This document shows positions 8,444 through 18,395 of a stretch of 64,000 bases of DNA, in pieces. Below the pieces are notes generated by a model. That model did no database searches, was not told the origin of the DNA, and saw only the letters and a program-made list of their open reading frames with translations. This DNA is from Bacteroidota bacterium (GTDB lineage Bacteria; Bacteroidota; Bacteroidia; Bacteroidales; UBA7960). Numbering within the stretch: the first letter of the stretch is position 1; each line of letters begins with the position of its first letter. Position numbers and translations under genes: made by a program. The stretch spans positions 25,833-89,832 of the forward strand of contig JBBISA010000003.1 of the NCBI GenBank assembly GCA_037441525.1. The letters run 5' to 3'.

Positions 8444-10921
8444 TCAGTCTTTTCTTAGCACTTCTGCTGCATTGATGTATAATACTCTAACTGTATGTAA
8501 AACAATAGCTGCAGCAATGGTTGCTCCAACCAAAATACCCGAATAAATGAATGGCATTATGCCGGGATTTACGCTAAACGCGAAGGTTTTTAACCACTCC
8601 GAAATAAGCTGATAACACAGTATAAACCCCATACTGCAACCCATAAGATATTGTAAAAAGTAGTTTCTGAAAAACATAAGGAAGAAATCAAACCACGAAG
8701 CCCCCATTACTTTTCTAATCCCAATTTCAATGCTTCGTCTTTCTATATCAAAAGCTGTTATGCCAAAAATTCCCAGGAAGGAAATGATAATACAAAGCCA
8801 GGCAAAGTATCCAAAAAACCGACTAAGATTTCGGTTTTCTGCAAAGAACATTGCAATTTGATCTTCTACATGATAATAGTTTAATGGGTTTCTGACTTCG
8901 AATTTTTCCCAGGCATCTCTAATTATTTCTTCCCTCAGTTTTTTATCTACTTCATCAAACTTAACAGCAATATATTTAGCTCTGCCAAAAGGCAGAGGAA
9001 GTATTATCAATGGCTCAATAGGTCTGTTTAGCAATGCATAATAAAAATTATCAACAACCCCTTTTATTTCACGTTCTCTTCTTTGTAGCCCTTCAAGAAA
9101 CTGGTATTGAGTAATAATGGTTTTACCCACAGGCCAACCATAATTGAGTGAATCATTCAATACCCTATTTACAAAAACACCGTTGTTGGAAAGCAAGCCC
9201 GCAGGTGCTTCAATCCCATTTTGAGCAAAAATTCCGACCCCCATTAATTTCAGATAATCTTCCGATACCTGTACATTATAATAAGATCTTACAAGCAAAT
9301 CATTTTCCTTTGCAAATAAAACTGTATGTTTAATCGGATTCATTGAAAAAACATAATTGGTTCGCGCAACTTGCTGAACACCTTTCGATTGACGCAACAA
9401 TTCCTCAAACTCATCAAGCCGCTCATTGGCTTTTCGTGTGCCCACATCAATTACAGTAATATTTTCGGTGTCGTAACCAAGATCAAAGTTTTGCATAAAC
9501 CCAAGTTGCTGGTAAACAACAAATGTGGCTGCAATCATGAATGCTGCTACTGTGAACTGAACAGTTACAAGAGCATTTTTTAGAAAAACTGTGCGGCTTC
9601 CGGTTGAAAACCTGCGAACCAAAAGCTTTATAACAGGCGTGGTAACAAAGAATATGGCGGGGAAGAGACCTGACAATAATGCACAAACCAAAAATACCAG
9701 TGCGATAACGACCAGCAGGAATGGGTCGTTCAATATATTCAGGCTCATATCAGCCATCAGAAAACTATTAAATGGTTCAAGGGCAATTTCAACCAACACA
9801 AGAGCCAACCCCAGACTTATAAACGAATAGATCGCAGCTTCGGTAAAGAACCCAACGAATATGCTTCGGGTTGAGCTGCCCAACACCTTAACCATTGCCA
9901 TCTCCTTCCGGCGCTTGCTAAAATGGCTGATTGAAAGATTGGTGTAGTTGATAGAAGCCACAACCAGAAGAAATACCGCAATTACAATGAATACCAATAC
10001 AATCATGGGGTTCATTATGCGCATATTGATGGACTCGCCAGACAGTTCATAAATCAGGTCTGATTCAAGGTGGATGCTTGCCAGGGCTTGGAAGATTGGA
10101 TGGAAGGTGTAGGTAGGTTCTGAATATAGTCCAAAATTTTCTTTTCTAAGAAATTCTGTCCATGACTCGCCCGAAAAATTATTTCGATCAAAATCATTAT
10201 CCACCAAAATATATGACCAGACCACAATACTGCCAAAAGTCTGTTCAAAAAGTTTCCATGTCATTCCCGGTCCAAAAGAGTATTCGAATAGCTCTTGTAT
10301 ATAGTTCATCGACGACATGGACAATAACCCGGAAAAACGAAAATGAGTGTTTAGCGGTGGGTCTTCAATTACTGCCGTAATGGTAAATTCTGCTGCATCA
10401 GATAACCAAATCTTTTCACCAACCACGTTGACCCTGCCAAAGAATCTTTTTGCAAGTGTTCTGGTAACTACAAAGGATAAGGGTTTTTGCAGTGCTTCAT
10501 CTGTGTTTCCTTCAATTGTTTCTGCATGAAAAAAGTCGAAGAAGGTGCTGTCAACGGCAAAAATTCCCGAATCGCTTATGGCGTAATGTTCCGAATAAAA
10601 AATCATATCCTGCAGGAAATAAGCAGGATAGAAAATTCGCAAGGCCGACTTAACCCCTGGGAAATGCTTCTGAATAGCCGGAACCAAAGCCGCTGAACTA
10701 ACTGCATATCCCTGGCTTTGACCAAACAATTCCAATTCGGTTCCAACTCTCAAAATATCTTTATGCCTTGGGTGGTATTTATCGAAGGAAGTCTGATACC
10801 TGATAAAAAGAAACACGAGTAAGGCACTGGCCATGCCCATTGCAAGACCTGCAATATTTACAGTTGAATATACCTTCTCACGATATATCCGCCGGAGGCT
10901 GGTCTTAATAATGTGTTTCAA
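8444..10921 (-). CDS. ABC transporter permease, MacB/FtsX-like duplicated type
   Basis: 825 aa, TTG start; 'STVNIAGLAMG', 'SINYTNLS', 'RRKEMAMVKVLG', 'RSIEIGIRKVMGAS'. Confidence 0.9.
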   Translation of the reverse strand: MKHIIKTSLRRIYREKVYSTVNIAGLAMGMASALLVFLFIRYQTSFDKYHPRHKDILRVGTELELFGQSQGYAVSSAALVPAIQKHFPGVKSALRIFYPAYFLQDMIFYSEHYAISDSGIFAVDSTFFDFFHAETIEGNTDEALQKPLSFVVTRTLAKRFFGRVNVVGEKIWLSDAAEFTITAVIEDPPLNTHFRFSGLLSMSSMNYIQELFEYSFGPGMTWKLFEQTFGSIVVWSYILVDNDFDRNNFSGESWTEFLRKENFGLYSEPTYTFHPIFQALASIHLESDLIYELSGESINMRIMNPMIVLVFIVIAVFLLVVASINYTNLSISHFSKRRKEMAMVKVLGSSTRSIFVGFFTEAAIYSFISLGLALVLVEIALEPFNSFLMADMSLNILNDPFLLVVIALVFLVCALLSGLFPAIFFVTTPVIKLLVRRFSTGSRTVFLKNALVTVQFTVAAFMIAATFVVYQQLGFMQNFDLGYDTENITVIDVGTRKANERLDEFEELLRQSKGVQQVARTNYVFSMNPIKHTVLFAKENDLLVRSYYNVQVSEDYLKLMGVGIFAQNGIEAPAGLLSNNGVFVNRVLNDSLNYGWPVGKTIITQYQFLEGLQRREREIKGVVDNFYYALLNRPIEPLIILPLPFGRAKYIAVKFDEVDKKLREEIIRDAWEKFEVRNPLNYYHVEDQIAMFFAENRNLSRFFGYFAWLCIIISFLGIFGITAFDIERRSIEIGIRKVMGASWFDFFLMFFRNYFLQYLMGCSMGFILCYQLISEWLKTFAFSVNPGIMPFIYSGILVGATIAAAIVLHTVRVLYINAAEVLRKD

Positions 10922-11032
10922 ATACCAAAGGTTTTAAATTTTCCTGGATAACACCAATTTAAACCACAACAAAAAATACTTTGTTATGCCTGGTGTTTTA
11001 TTAAAAGAATTTCGCCAGTTGCGTTTGATTGA

Positions 11033-11266
11033 TTAATCAGGATTTTCTGAAGCCTGTTGTTCTGAAATACTATCGGCTTTCTGAAGCATCTGATTCGCTC
11101 TTTCCATCAATTCTCTGCGCTCCTGGTCAAGTTTCAGACTATCCTCAATCTCCTGCTGTCTTGCTTGTTCCTTTTTTGAGGCACTCCCACATGATAACAT
11201 TATAGATAAGCCAAGCAGCCCGAGCAATGCAATGTAAGTTGATTTTAAAAAAATAATTCTTTTCAT
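11033..11266 (-). CDS. Small lipoprotein with coiled-coil body
   Basis: Lipobox IMLS-C after a hydrophobic signal; own -7 element TATATTTG at plus 11302-11309. Confidence 0.7.
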   Translation of the reverse strand: MKRIIFLKSTYIALLGLLGLSIMLSCGSASKKEQARQQEIEDSLKLDQERRELMERANQMLQKADSISEQQASENPD

Positions 11267-11308
11267 TGGAGTAGGTTTTTAAATTCATTGGATTTACAGC
11301 ACAAATAT

Positions 11309-11421
11309 AAAAAAACCGGCTGGTAACCACACCAGCCGGTTCAATCCACAATTAAATAACCACAAAAACTAATACACTTTGAAACCAATGAAAACTATTG
11401 GTAACTAATGTTTGTTTGCCT
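11309..11421 (-). ncRNA. Candidate GU-rich small RNA (sRNA-B), divergent from rprXY
   Basis: Consensus -7 TACTTTTG (plus 11427-11434), about 110 nt non-coding body, perfect 11-bp hairpin 11314-11341 followed by a T run on -. Confidence 0.55.
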
Positions 11422-11660
11422 TAATACAAAAGTATTTCTTTTTTGTTCGATTCTTAACAAAAAAACGTTAATTGAGGTTAATATCAAACTATGGTTTCAA
11501 AACATCTATCTTATTCTGACCTCATCATAGTTTTTGCCCAAATATATATACCTAAATTAAACTTTGTTAAAATAAAAACAATAGCACGCCCCTGTTTGTA
11601 ATTTTACAACCATCATTAAAAAGTGGTAATCAAACATTAAAAGAGTATCAGGTTCTGATC

Positions 11661-13262
11661 ATGAAACAAAATGTCATCATATTTGTCATTGTAGTGCTCA
11701 CCATTTCACTACTCGGGCTCATAGGCATTCAGCTTTACTGGATCAGCAATGCTCTATCGGTTAAGGAATCTAATTTTAACCGCGGTGTCAGCGAAGCAAT
11801 CTCTTCAGCAGTATATAAATTCAACAAACTTGAAATGGCCGACGCCCTGATGCGAAATCAGGAGCAGGACAAGCATGTTAACCGGTTCTTCAGCGTTTTA
11901 GACTCAATTAATCGTGAGTATTATCGCGAGGTCGTCTCGGCTATGAACCGCGAAAGAACCATACTCGACGATTTTCTTTCAGGAATTCCGGTTGACACAT
12001 TATCTACCCACAGCAATATATCAATTGACCGGCCATCAGCCCAACGAGCAGACACCATACGAACCATCTCCCCGGCCCCTCAGCAAGGCAGAGGTTATGC
12101 CGTAAGACGTGGAGTGGCCAATAATTCTTATGATGCTATAGTTGAATTTTTCCAGAAAACAAAGATCGTGAATGATCTTTTTGATGACCTATTTTCGGAA
12201 GACGTGGCATATAACGCTGCATCTGAAGAAGGAAAACAGCTCCTCGATTCATTAATCAAATCTGAATTGGAACGGCAAGGTGTAAATACAGATTTCGAAT
12301 TTGGCATTTACGATCCTGTTTACAACACCCTACTAGCCGAAAAATCGGGGAAATTCTCAAAAGAATTGCTTGAATCGGGGTTTATTTTCAGTCTGTACCC
12401 CAACGATGTTTTCAGAAAACCCGAATTTCTTCTTGTTTATTTCCCTCATCAGAATACCTACTTGCTTTCGAGAATGAATCTGATGTCGGCAATATCCTCA
12501 ATATTTATACTTGTAATTATTTCATCATTTACATATACAATAATTACAATTTTTCGACAAAAGAAAGTATCTTTGATAAAAAATGACTTCATTAACAATA
12601 TGACCCATGAATTAAAGACCCCAATTTCAACCATATCCCTTGCTTGTCAGGCACTTAGAGATAAGGATGTTCAGAAGTCGGAAACTTTGTATCAGAATTA
12701 CATAAATATGATAAACGAAGAAAACGAACGATTGAGCATGATGACCGAGAAAGTACTTCAGACAGCCCAACTCGAAAAAGGGAAACTACGGTTGAATAAA
12801 GTGGGCTTTAATCTGCATGATGTTATTGAAGATGCAAGTTGCAAAATTGACCTGCAGCTTAAGGCCAGAAATGGTAAACTTGAAAATAATCTTGCCGCAG
12901 AGTTCAGTTTCGTTGAAGCTGACAAAGTGCATCTTACAAATGTCATTTTTAATTTGCTTGATAATGCCATCAAATACTCTCAGGAAAGCCCGGAGATAAA
13001 AATATCAACCGAGAATCTGAACAATGGCATCCTTATTCATGTTAAAGACAACGGTATGGGCATTAGCAAAGCAAACCAGAAAAAGATTTTTGATACATTG
13101 TACCGAATTTCTACCGGAAATATTCATAATGTAAAAGGTTTTGGACTGGGATTAAGTTATGTTAAAGCTATTGTAGAATTGCATGGTGGAGATATCAAAC
13201 TTGAAAGTGAAATTAAAAAGGGGTCTACCTTTAGTGTTTATATTCCTTTCGGATTTGAATAA
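11661..13262 (+). CDS. rprX: Sensor histidine kinase (RprX-like)
   Basis: Two TM segments, H-box FINNMTHELKTP, N-box NLLDNAIKYS, G boxes DNGMGI and GFGLGL. Confidence 0.85.
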   Translation: MKQNVIIFVIVVLTISLLGLIGIQLYWISNALSVKESNFNRGVSEAISSAVYKFNKLEMADALMRNQEQDKHVNRFFSVLDSINREYYREVVSAMNRERTILDDFLSGIPVDTLSTHSNISIDRPSAQRADTIRTISPAPQQGRGYAVRRGVANNSYDAIVEFFQKTKIVNDLFDDLFSEDVAYNAASEEGKQLLDSLIKSELERQGVNTDFEFGIYDPVYNTLLAEKSGKFSKELLESGFIFSLYPNDVFRKPEFLLVYFPHQNTYLLSRMNLMSAISSIFILVIISSFTYTIITIFRQKKVSLIKNDFINNMTHELKTPISTISLACQALRDKDVQKSETLYQNYINMINEENERLSMMTEKVLQTAQLEKGKLRLNKVGFNLHDVIEDASCKIDLQLKARNGKLENNLAAEFSFVEADKVHLTNVIFNLLDNAIKYSQESPEIKISTENLNNGILIHVKDNGMGISKANQKKIFDTLYRISTGNIHNVKGFGLGLSYVKAIVELHGGDIKLESEIKKGSTFSVYIPFGFE

Positions 13263-13304
13263 TTTCACTGTTTTAATTGATAAATAAACTTTCAGGAGGT
13301 TCCT

Positions 13305-14024
13305 ATGGAGAATAAGAAAATTAAAATTTTACTTGCAGAAGACGACCCAAATCTGGGTACAATTCTTAAAGCATTTCTGGAAGCCAAAGGTTTTCCAGCA
13401 AAACTTGCCGTAAATGGCGTTGAAGCTCACAACATGTTTTTGAAGGAATCTTTCGATTTCTGCATTTTTGACGTTATGATGCCCGAAAAGGATGGCTTTT
13501 CATTGGCCAAAGACATCCGCAAAATTGACAAAAAGGTACCCATTCTTTTTCTTACTGCTAAAACTATGCAGGAAGATATTATCGAAGGGCTTAAAATTGG
13601 CGCCGATGATTACCTCACGAAACCCTTCAGCATGGAAGAACTTTTATTGAGGATTGGTGCAATTGTGCGCAGGGCTAATCTTGATGATGCATCTAATTCG
13701 CAGAAAACATTTTTTCATATCGGCGATTATACCTTCGATTTTGCAAGGCAAATTCTCGCTTTCAAAGGTGAAGAGCAAAAACTCACTTCAAAAGAGGCTC
13801 AATTGCTGAAAATGCTCTGCGATTTTACCAATGAAGTGCTCGACAGATCACTTGCACTTAAAAAGATTTGGCTTGACGACAACTATTTTAATGCCCGAAG
13901 CATGGATGTTTATATTGCCAAATTGCGTAAATATCTCAGACGCGATTCCAATGTCGAGCTATTAAACGTTCATGGAAAAGGTTTTAAACTTATTGTTCAG
14001 GAAAATTCCAGCGTTGTCAGTTAA
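13305..14024 (+). CDS. rprY: OmpR-family response regulator (RprY-like)
   Basis: ILLAEDD, FDVMMPEKDG, FLTAK, GADDYLTKPF; winged-helix 'RSMDVYIAKLRKYL..NVHGKGF'. Confidence 0.88.
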   Translation: MENKKIKILLAEDDPNLGTILKAFLEAKGFPAKLAVNGVEAHNMFLKESFDFCIFDVMMPEKDGFSLAKDIRKIDKKVPILFLTAKTMQEDIIEGLKIGADDYLTKPFSMEELLLRIGAIVRRANLDDASNSQKTFFHIGDYTFDFARQILAFKGEEQKLTSKEAQLLKMLCDFTNEVLDRSLALKKIWLDDNYFNARSMDVYIAKLRKYLRRDSNVELLNVHGKGFKLIVQENSSVVS

Positions 14025-14073
14025 TGGCAATGCGCTTATTTACTTCCTGAAATAGTTTCCATTTCAGCCAAAG

Positions 14074-14111
14074 GTTGCCAGGTGCATACAATCGCCTGGC
14101 AACTTTTTTTT
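14074..14111 (+). terminator. Intrinsic terminator after rprXY
   Basis: GTTGCCAGG (14074-82) / CCTGGCAAC (14095-103) followed by a T run. Confidence 0.8.
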
Positions 14112-14350
14112 ACGGGCTGCTTCATTAATGAATTGTATTATTGTTTTAAACAGGCCACATGTGTTTGCTCACCAAATAAAAGTCATAAAAAGTATGAGTT
14201 TTTTCTTTTGGCTGAAACCAATATCACGCTTTGGTGAAACAAACAAAGATGCAATACAATTACTCCAATCCAAGTTTTCTTGTAATTAAAAGACAAGTTA
14301 TTATCCCACAACATTCCTTTTTATTATGAAAAAATATGCGTTCTCTTTCG

Positions 14351-14386
14351 TATATTTGCAGCCTATTTAAAATCAATCTAAATAAG
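14351..14386 (+). promoter_or_regulatory. suf promoter -7 element with adjacent palindromic operator (Fur-type iron box candidate)
   Basis: TATATTTG at 14351-58; imperfect palindrome CTATTTAAAATCAATCTAAATAAG at 14363-86. Confidence 0.55.
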
Positions 14387-14452
14387 AATAATGCAGCCAA
14401 GGTGTTTCAATCCAAAGGATTGAAACATTATCAATGATAAATATGAATACCC

Positions 14453-15904
14453 ATGGCCGAAGATAAAAGCAACGATATACTTGACGAGGTTACCCAAAGT
14501 GAATACAAATACGGTTTTTACACAGATATAGAAATGGATCAGGCCCCCAAAGGCCTCAGTGAAGATACCATCAGATTTATATCAGCCAAAAAAGGTGAAC
14601 CCGATTTCATGCTTGAATTCAGACTTAAAGCATTCAGGCACTGGCTAACCATGAAAGAGCCCAAGTGGGCTCACATTCATTATCATCCAATTGATTTCCA
14701 GGACGTAATCTATTATTCAGCACCCAAGAAGAAAGTACAATACGATAGCCTGGATCAGGTAGACCCTGAGCTGCTCGAAACCTTTGAAAAGTTAGGAATT
14801 CCATTAGATGAGCAGAAAATGCTTGCAGGTGTTGCAGTCGATGCTGTAATGGATAGCGTTTCAGTGGCTACCACCTTCAGGGAAACACTGGAAAAAAAAG
14901 GGATAATTTTTTGCTCGTTTAGTGAAGCGGTTAAGAATTATCCAGAACTGGTAAAAAAACACATGGGTTCTGTTGTTCCATACACTGACAATTACTACGC
15001 AGCCCTTAATTCTGCTGTTTTCAGTGACGGATCTTTCTGCTACATTCCAAAGGGTGTGCGATGCCCCATGGAACTTTCCACCTATTTCAGGATAAATGCA
15101 GCCAATACAGGTCAGTTCGAGCGTACATTAATTGTGGCCGAAGAAGGAAGTTATGTGAGCTATATGGAAGGTTGCACTGCCCCCATGCGCGACGAGAATC
15201 AGCTTCATGCTGCCATAGTTGAAATTGTTGCCATGAAAGACGCTGAAGTAAAATATGCTACAATTCAGAACTGGTGGCCCGGCGATAAACAGGGCCGTGG
15301 AGGGGTATATAACTTTGTTACCAAAAGAGGTTTATGTGCCGGCGAAAACTCAAGGATATCCTGGACACAGGTGGAGACAGGCTCTGCAATTACCTGGAAA
15401 TATCCCAGTGTGATTCTGTTGGGCGACAATTCGGTAGGAGAGTTTTATTCTGTTGCTGTAACCAATAATTACCAACAAGCAGATACAGGAACCAAAATGG
15501 TGCATATCGGAAAAAACACACGCAGTACCATTATATCGAAGGGAATATCGGCAGGGCATAGCAATAACAGTTACAGAGGCCTGGTAAAAACAACCAAAAG
15601 AGCCGAAAATGCCCGGAACTTTTCACAATGCGATTCACTTCTTCTTGGCGATAAGTGCGGTGCACATACATTTCCATATATTGAGGTGGGCAACAGGTCA
15701 TCCATAGTGGAGCATGAGGCAACAACCAGTAAAATTTCAGACGACCAATTGTTTTATTGCCTGCAAAGGGGTATTGATATGGAAGGTGCTATCGGCCTTA
15801 TCGTAAATGGCTATGCCAAGGAAGTGCTCAGTAAACTTCCAATGGAATTTGCTGTTGAAGCACAAAAGTTACTCTCTATTAGCCTTGAAGGAAGCGTAGG
15901 TTAA
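14453..15904 (+). CDS. sufB: Fe-S cluster assembly protein SufB
   Basis: [51 protein letters not shown]. Confidence 0.97.
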   Translation: MAEDKSNDILDEVTQSEYKYGFYTDIEMDQAPKGLSEDTIRFISAKKGEPDFMLEFRLKAFRHWLTMKEPKWAHIHYHPIDFQDVIYYSAPKKKVQYDSLDQVDPELLETFEKLGIPLDEQKMLAGVAVDAVMDSVSVATTFRETLEKKGIIFCSFSEAVKNYPELVKKHMGSVVPYTDNYYAALNSAVFSDGSFCYIPKGVRCPMELSTYFRINAANTGQFERTLIVAEEGSYVSYMEGCTAPMRDENQLHAAIVEIVAMKDAEVKYATIQNWWPGDKQGRGGVYNFVTKRGLCAGENSRISWTQVETGSAITWKYPSVILLGDNSVGEFYSVAVTNNYQQADTGTKMVHIGKNTRSTIISKGISAGHSNNSYRGLVKTTKRAENARNFSQCDSLLLGDKCGAHTFPYIEVGNRSSIVEHEATTSKISDDQLFYCLQRGIDMEGAIGLIVNGYAKEVLSKLPMEFAVEAQKLLSISLEGSVG

Positions 15905-15950
15905 TATCCGGAATCAATTCGCAACAATAATATAACCAAAGACTTACATT

Positions 15951-16187
15951 ATGAAATCAATTGCATTTAAATCGAAAATTGAGAACAATAAAATTCCGGT
16001 ACCCGACAGTATGTTTGCCGACCTTAAAGATATGAATCTAAAAGATGTACGAGTAATTGTGCTGATGGAGGAGTTAGAAGAATTTGACGACGCTGCTTTT
16101 AAGGAGTTCTCATCGCAATTTTTCAAAAAATATGCTTCAAATCTCGAAAAGATTAAAAGCATGATAGATAATACTAAAAAAGCTTGA
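15951..16187 (+). CDS. Small hypothetical protein inserted in the suf operon (antitoxin-like)
   Basis: 78 aa, MKSIAFKSKIENNKIPVP..VRVIVL beta-rich N-terminus and acidic tail; stop overlaps the sufC 5' region. Confidence 0.5.
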   Translation: MKSIAFKSKIENNKIPVPDSMFADLKDMNLKDVRVIVLMEELEEFDDAAFKEFSSQFFKKYASNLEKIKSMIDNTKKA

Positions 16188-16192
16188 TTATA

Positions 16193-16957
16193 ATGTTACA
16201 AATAAGAAATTTACAGGTTTCCATTAACGGAAAGACAATACTTAAAGATTTCAACCTTGAAGTTAAGCCTGGTGAAGTACACGCAATTATGGGGCCCAAT
16301 GGCACAGGTAAAAGTACTCTGGCATCGGTAATTGCCGGAAAAGATATGTACAATATCGAAAATGGCGAAATTATTTACCTTGGAAACGATGTTCTCGAAA
16401 TGGAACCCGAAATCAGAGCCCGCGAGGGTATTTTCCTTGGTTTTCAATATCCGGTTGAAATTCCGGGTGTTAGCATGGCTACTTTTTTACGTACCGCCAT
16501 CAACGAAAAAAGAAAACACCACAATCTTGAACCTATGTCGGGTGCTGATTTTCTGAAACTTATGGAGGAGAGGAAAAAGCTGGTTGAAATCCACTCGAAG
16601 TTAACTAACCGTTCGGTAAATGAAGGTTTCTCGGGAGGTGAGAAAAAGAAAAATGAAATATTCCAGATGGCTATGCTTGAACCAAAGCTGGCTATTCTTG
16701 ATGAAACTGATTCAGGGCTCGATATAGATGCACTGAAGGTAGTAGCTCACGGTGTAAACAAATTACGCCGCCCTGATAATGCAACCATTGTTATTACCCA
16801 CTACCAGCGACTGCTCGATTATATTATTCCCGACTTTGTTCATGTGCTATTTGACGGAAGAATTGTAAAAAGCGGAGGAAAAGAGCTTGCCCTCGAACTT
16901 GAAGAAAAAGGATACGAATGGGTTAGACGCGAAGTAGGTCTTAAGGAACTATTGTAA
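16193..16957 (+). CDS. sufC: Fe-S cluster assembly ATPase SufC
   Basis: GPNGTGKST Walker A, FQYPVEIPGV, FSGGEKK, LDETDSGLDIDAL; ATG 16193 preferred to TTG 16184. Confidence 0.97.
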   Translation: MLQIRNLQVSINGKTILKDFNLEVKPGEVHAIMGPNGTGKSTLASVIAGKDMYNIENGEIIYLGNDVLEMEPEIRAREGIFLGFQYPVEIPGVSMATFLRTAINEKRKHHNLEPMSGADFLKLMEERKKLVEIHSKLTNRSVNEGFSGGEKKKNEIFQMAMLEPKLAILDETDSGLDIDALKVVAHGVNKLRRPDNATIVITHYQRLLDYIIPDFVHVLFDGRIVKSGGKELALELEEKGYEWVRREVGLKELL

Positions 16958-16977
16958 TACGATTAAATCTCTGTTGA

Positions 16978-18387
16978 ATGTCTGAATTGATTGAAAATAT
17001 AGCTGCCAGCCATTTAATGGCGGGTATTTTCAGAGAAAATTTTAAAGAAATTTCGGCCTCTGATACCCCATCAGTAACATCTTTACGGCAAAATGCCATT
17101 GAGGCTGTTTTTCAAAATGGTTTTCCTGACAGTGAAACTGAAAACTGGCGAAATACCCCTATTGACCAGTTATTCGTTACACCATACCATTACGATTTCA
17201 GCAATCAGAGCAGGCCTTTCGATATTGAAAAAATATTTACCTGCGATGTTTACGAATTAGATACCTATAGTATAACTCTGCTAAACGGATGGTACGTTTA
17301 TAAAAATGCACCGCTTACTACATTGAACGATGGTACTATTATAGGCTCCTTGTCCAAAGCAATGCAGGTTTATCCCGGGCTGACTGATAAATATCTTGGG
17401 AAAGCGGCTGATATGTCTCAGCCAGGACTTACCGCACTTAATACAGCTTTTTTTCAGGACGGCCTGTTTATTTATGTACCGGAAGGAGTTGAAGTTCAAA
17501 AACCAATTCAGTTAATAAACATTATCAACTCTACAGTTCCTTTGCTCATACAACCCAGGCATCTTGTAATCCAGGAAAAGAACAGCAAACTAACCCTGGT
17601 GCAATGCGACCATTCACTTTCGCATAATCAGAGTTTCTCAAACAGCCTTACCGAAAGTTTTTTGAATGAGAAGGCCCAAAAGTACTATTATAAAATACAG
17701 AACAAGGGACAAAATGCTTCAGTAATCAACAACAGTTTTTTCAGACTGAAATCAGAAAGCGAACTTGTTTCGAATACCCTCGTGCTAAATGGAGGATTTA
17801 CCAAAAATATGCTCAATGTTGCCCTGGAAGAAAAACACAGCAAGGCAACCCTGAATGGACTCTACCTGATGGATGGCACTCAGCATGTTGATAATCAGAT
17901 TTTTATTGACCACATGGCACCCGAATGTGAAAGTGAGCAACTTTACAAAGGAATACTTGATGATGAAGCCACCGCAGTGTTTAGCGGAAGGATAATGGTT
18001 CGTCCTGATGCGCAAAAAACATTGGCCTACCAGAATAATAAAACCATTTTGCTCACCGACGATGCCAAAGCCAATACCCAGCCGCAACTGGAAATTTATG
18101 CCGATGATGTAAAATGCAGCCATGGTGCAACAGTGGGCCAGCTCGACCCCGAAGCAATGTTTTATTTGCGTTCCCGAGGCTTGTGTATGCTTACTGCCCG
18201 TCAGTTACTTATGTATGCCTTTGCAGGTGAGGTGGTGCAAAGAATTTCCATCGCCCCGCTAAGGGAGCGTATCGACAGGATGATAGAAAAAAGGCTTAAG
18301 GGAGAACTTTCGGTTTGCGACCAATGTGTGCTGCACTGCAACAGTAAAGAACCTGCTGTTTTTAAAATTGACATGAGCAAAATCTGA
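16978..18387 (+). CDS. sufD: Fe-S cluster assembly protein SufD
   Basis: PQLEIYADDVKCSHGATVGQLD..FYLRSRG; C-terminal CDQCVLHC extension. Confidence 0.95.
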   Translation: MSELIENIAASHLMAGIFRENFKEISASDTPSVTSLRQNAIEAVFQNGFPDSETENWRNTPIDQLFVTPYHYDFSNQSRPFDIEKIFTCDVYELDTYSITLLNGWYVYKNAPLTTLNDGTIIGSLSKAMQVYPGLTDKYLGKAADMSQPGLTALNTAFFQDGLFIYVPEGVEVQKPIQLINIINSTVPLLIQPRHLVIQEKNSKLTLVQCDHSLSHNQSFSNSLTESFLNEKAQKYYYKIQNKGQNASVINNSFFRLKSESELVSNTLVLNGGFTKNMLNVALEEKHSKATLNGLYLMDGTQHVDNQIFIDHMAPECESEQLYKGILDDEATAVFSGRIMVRPDAQKTLAYQNNKTILLTDDAKANTQPQLEIYADDVKCSHGATVGQLDPEAMFYLRSRGLCMLTARQLLMYAFAGEVVQRISIAPLRERIDRMIEKRLKGELSVCDQCVLHCNSKEPAVFKIDMSKI

Positions 18388-18395
18388 ACCGACTG

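Noticed and set aside
14058-14261. Nested imperfect inverted repeats between rprY and sufB (TTTCAGCCAAA / TTTGGCTGAAA and others) suggesting a 6S-like RNA
   Set aside because: The pairings are short and interrupted by the rprY terminator, with no recognisable family motif. An Infernal scan would be needed.
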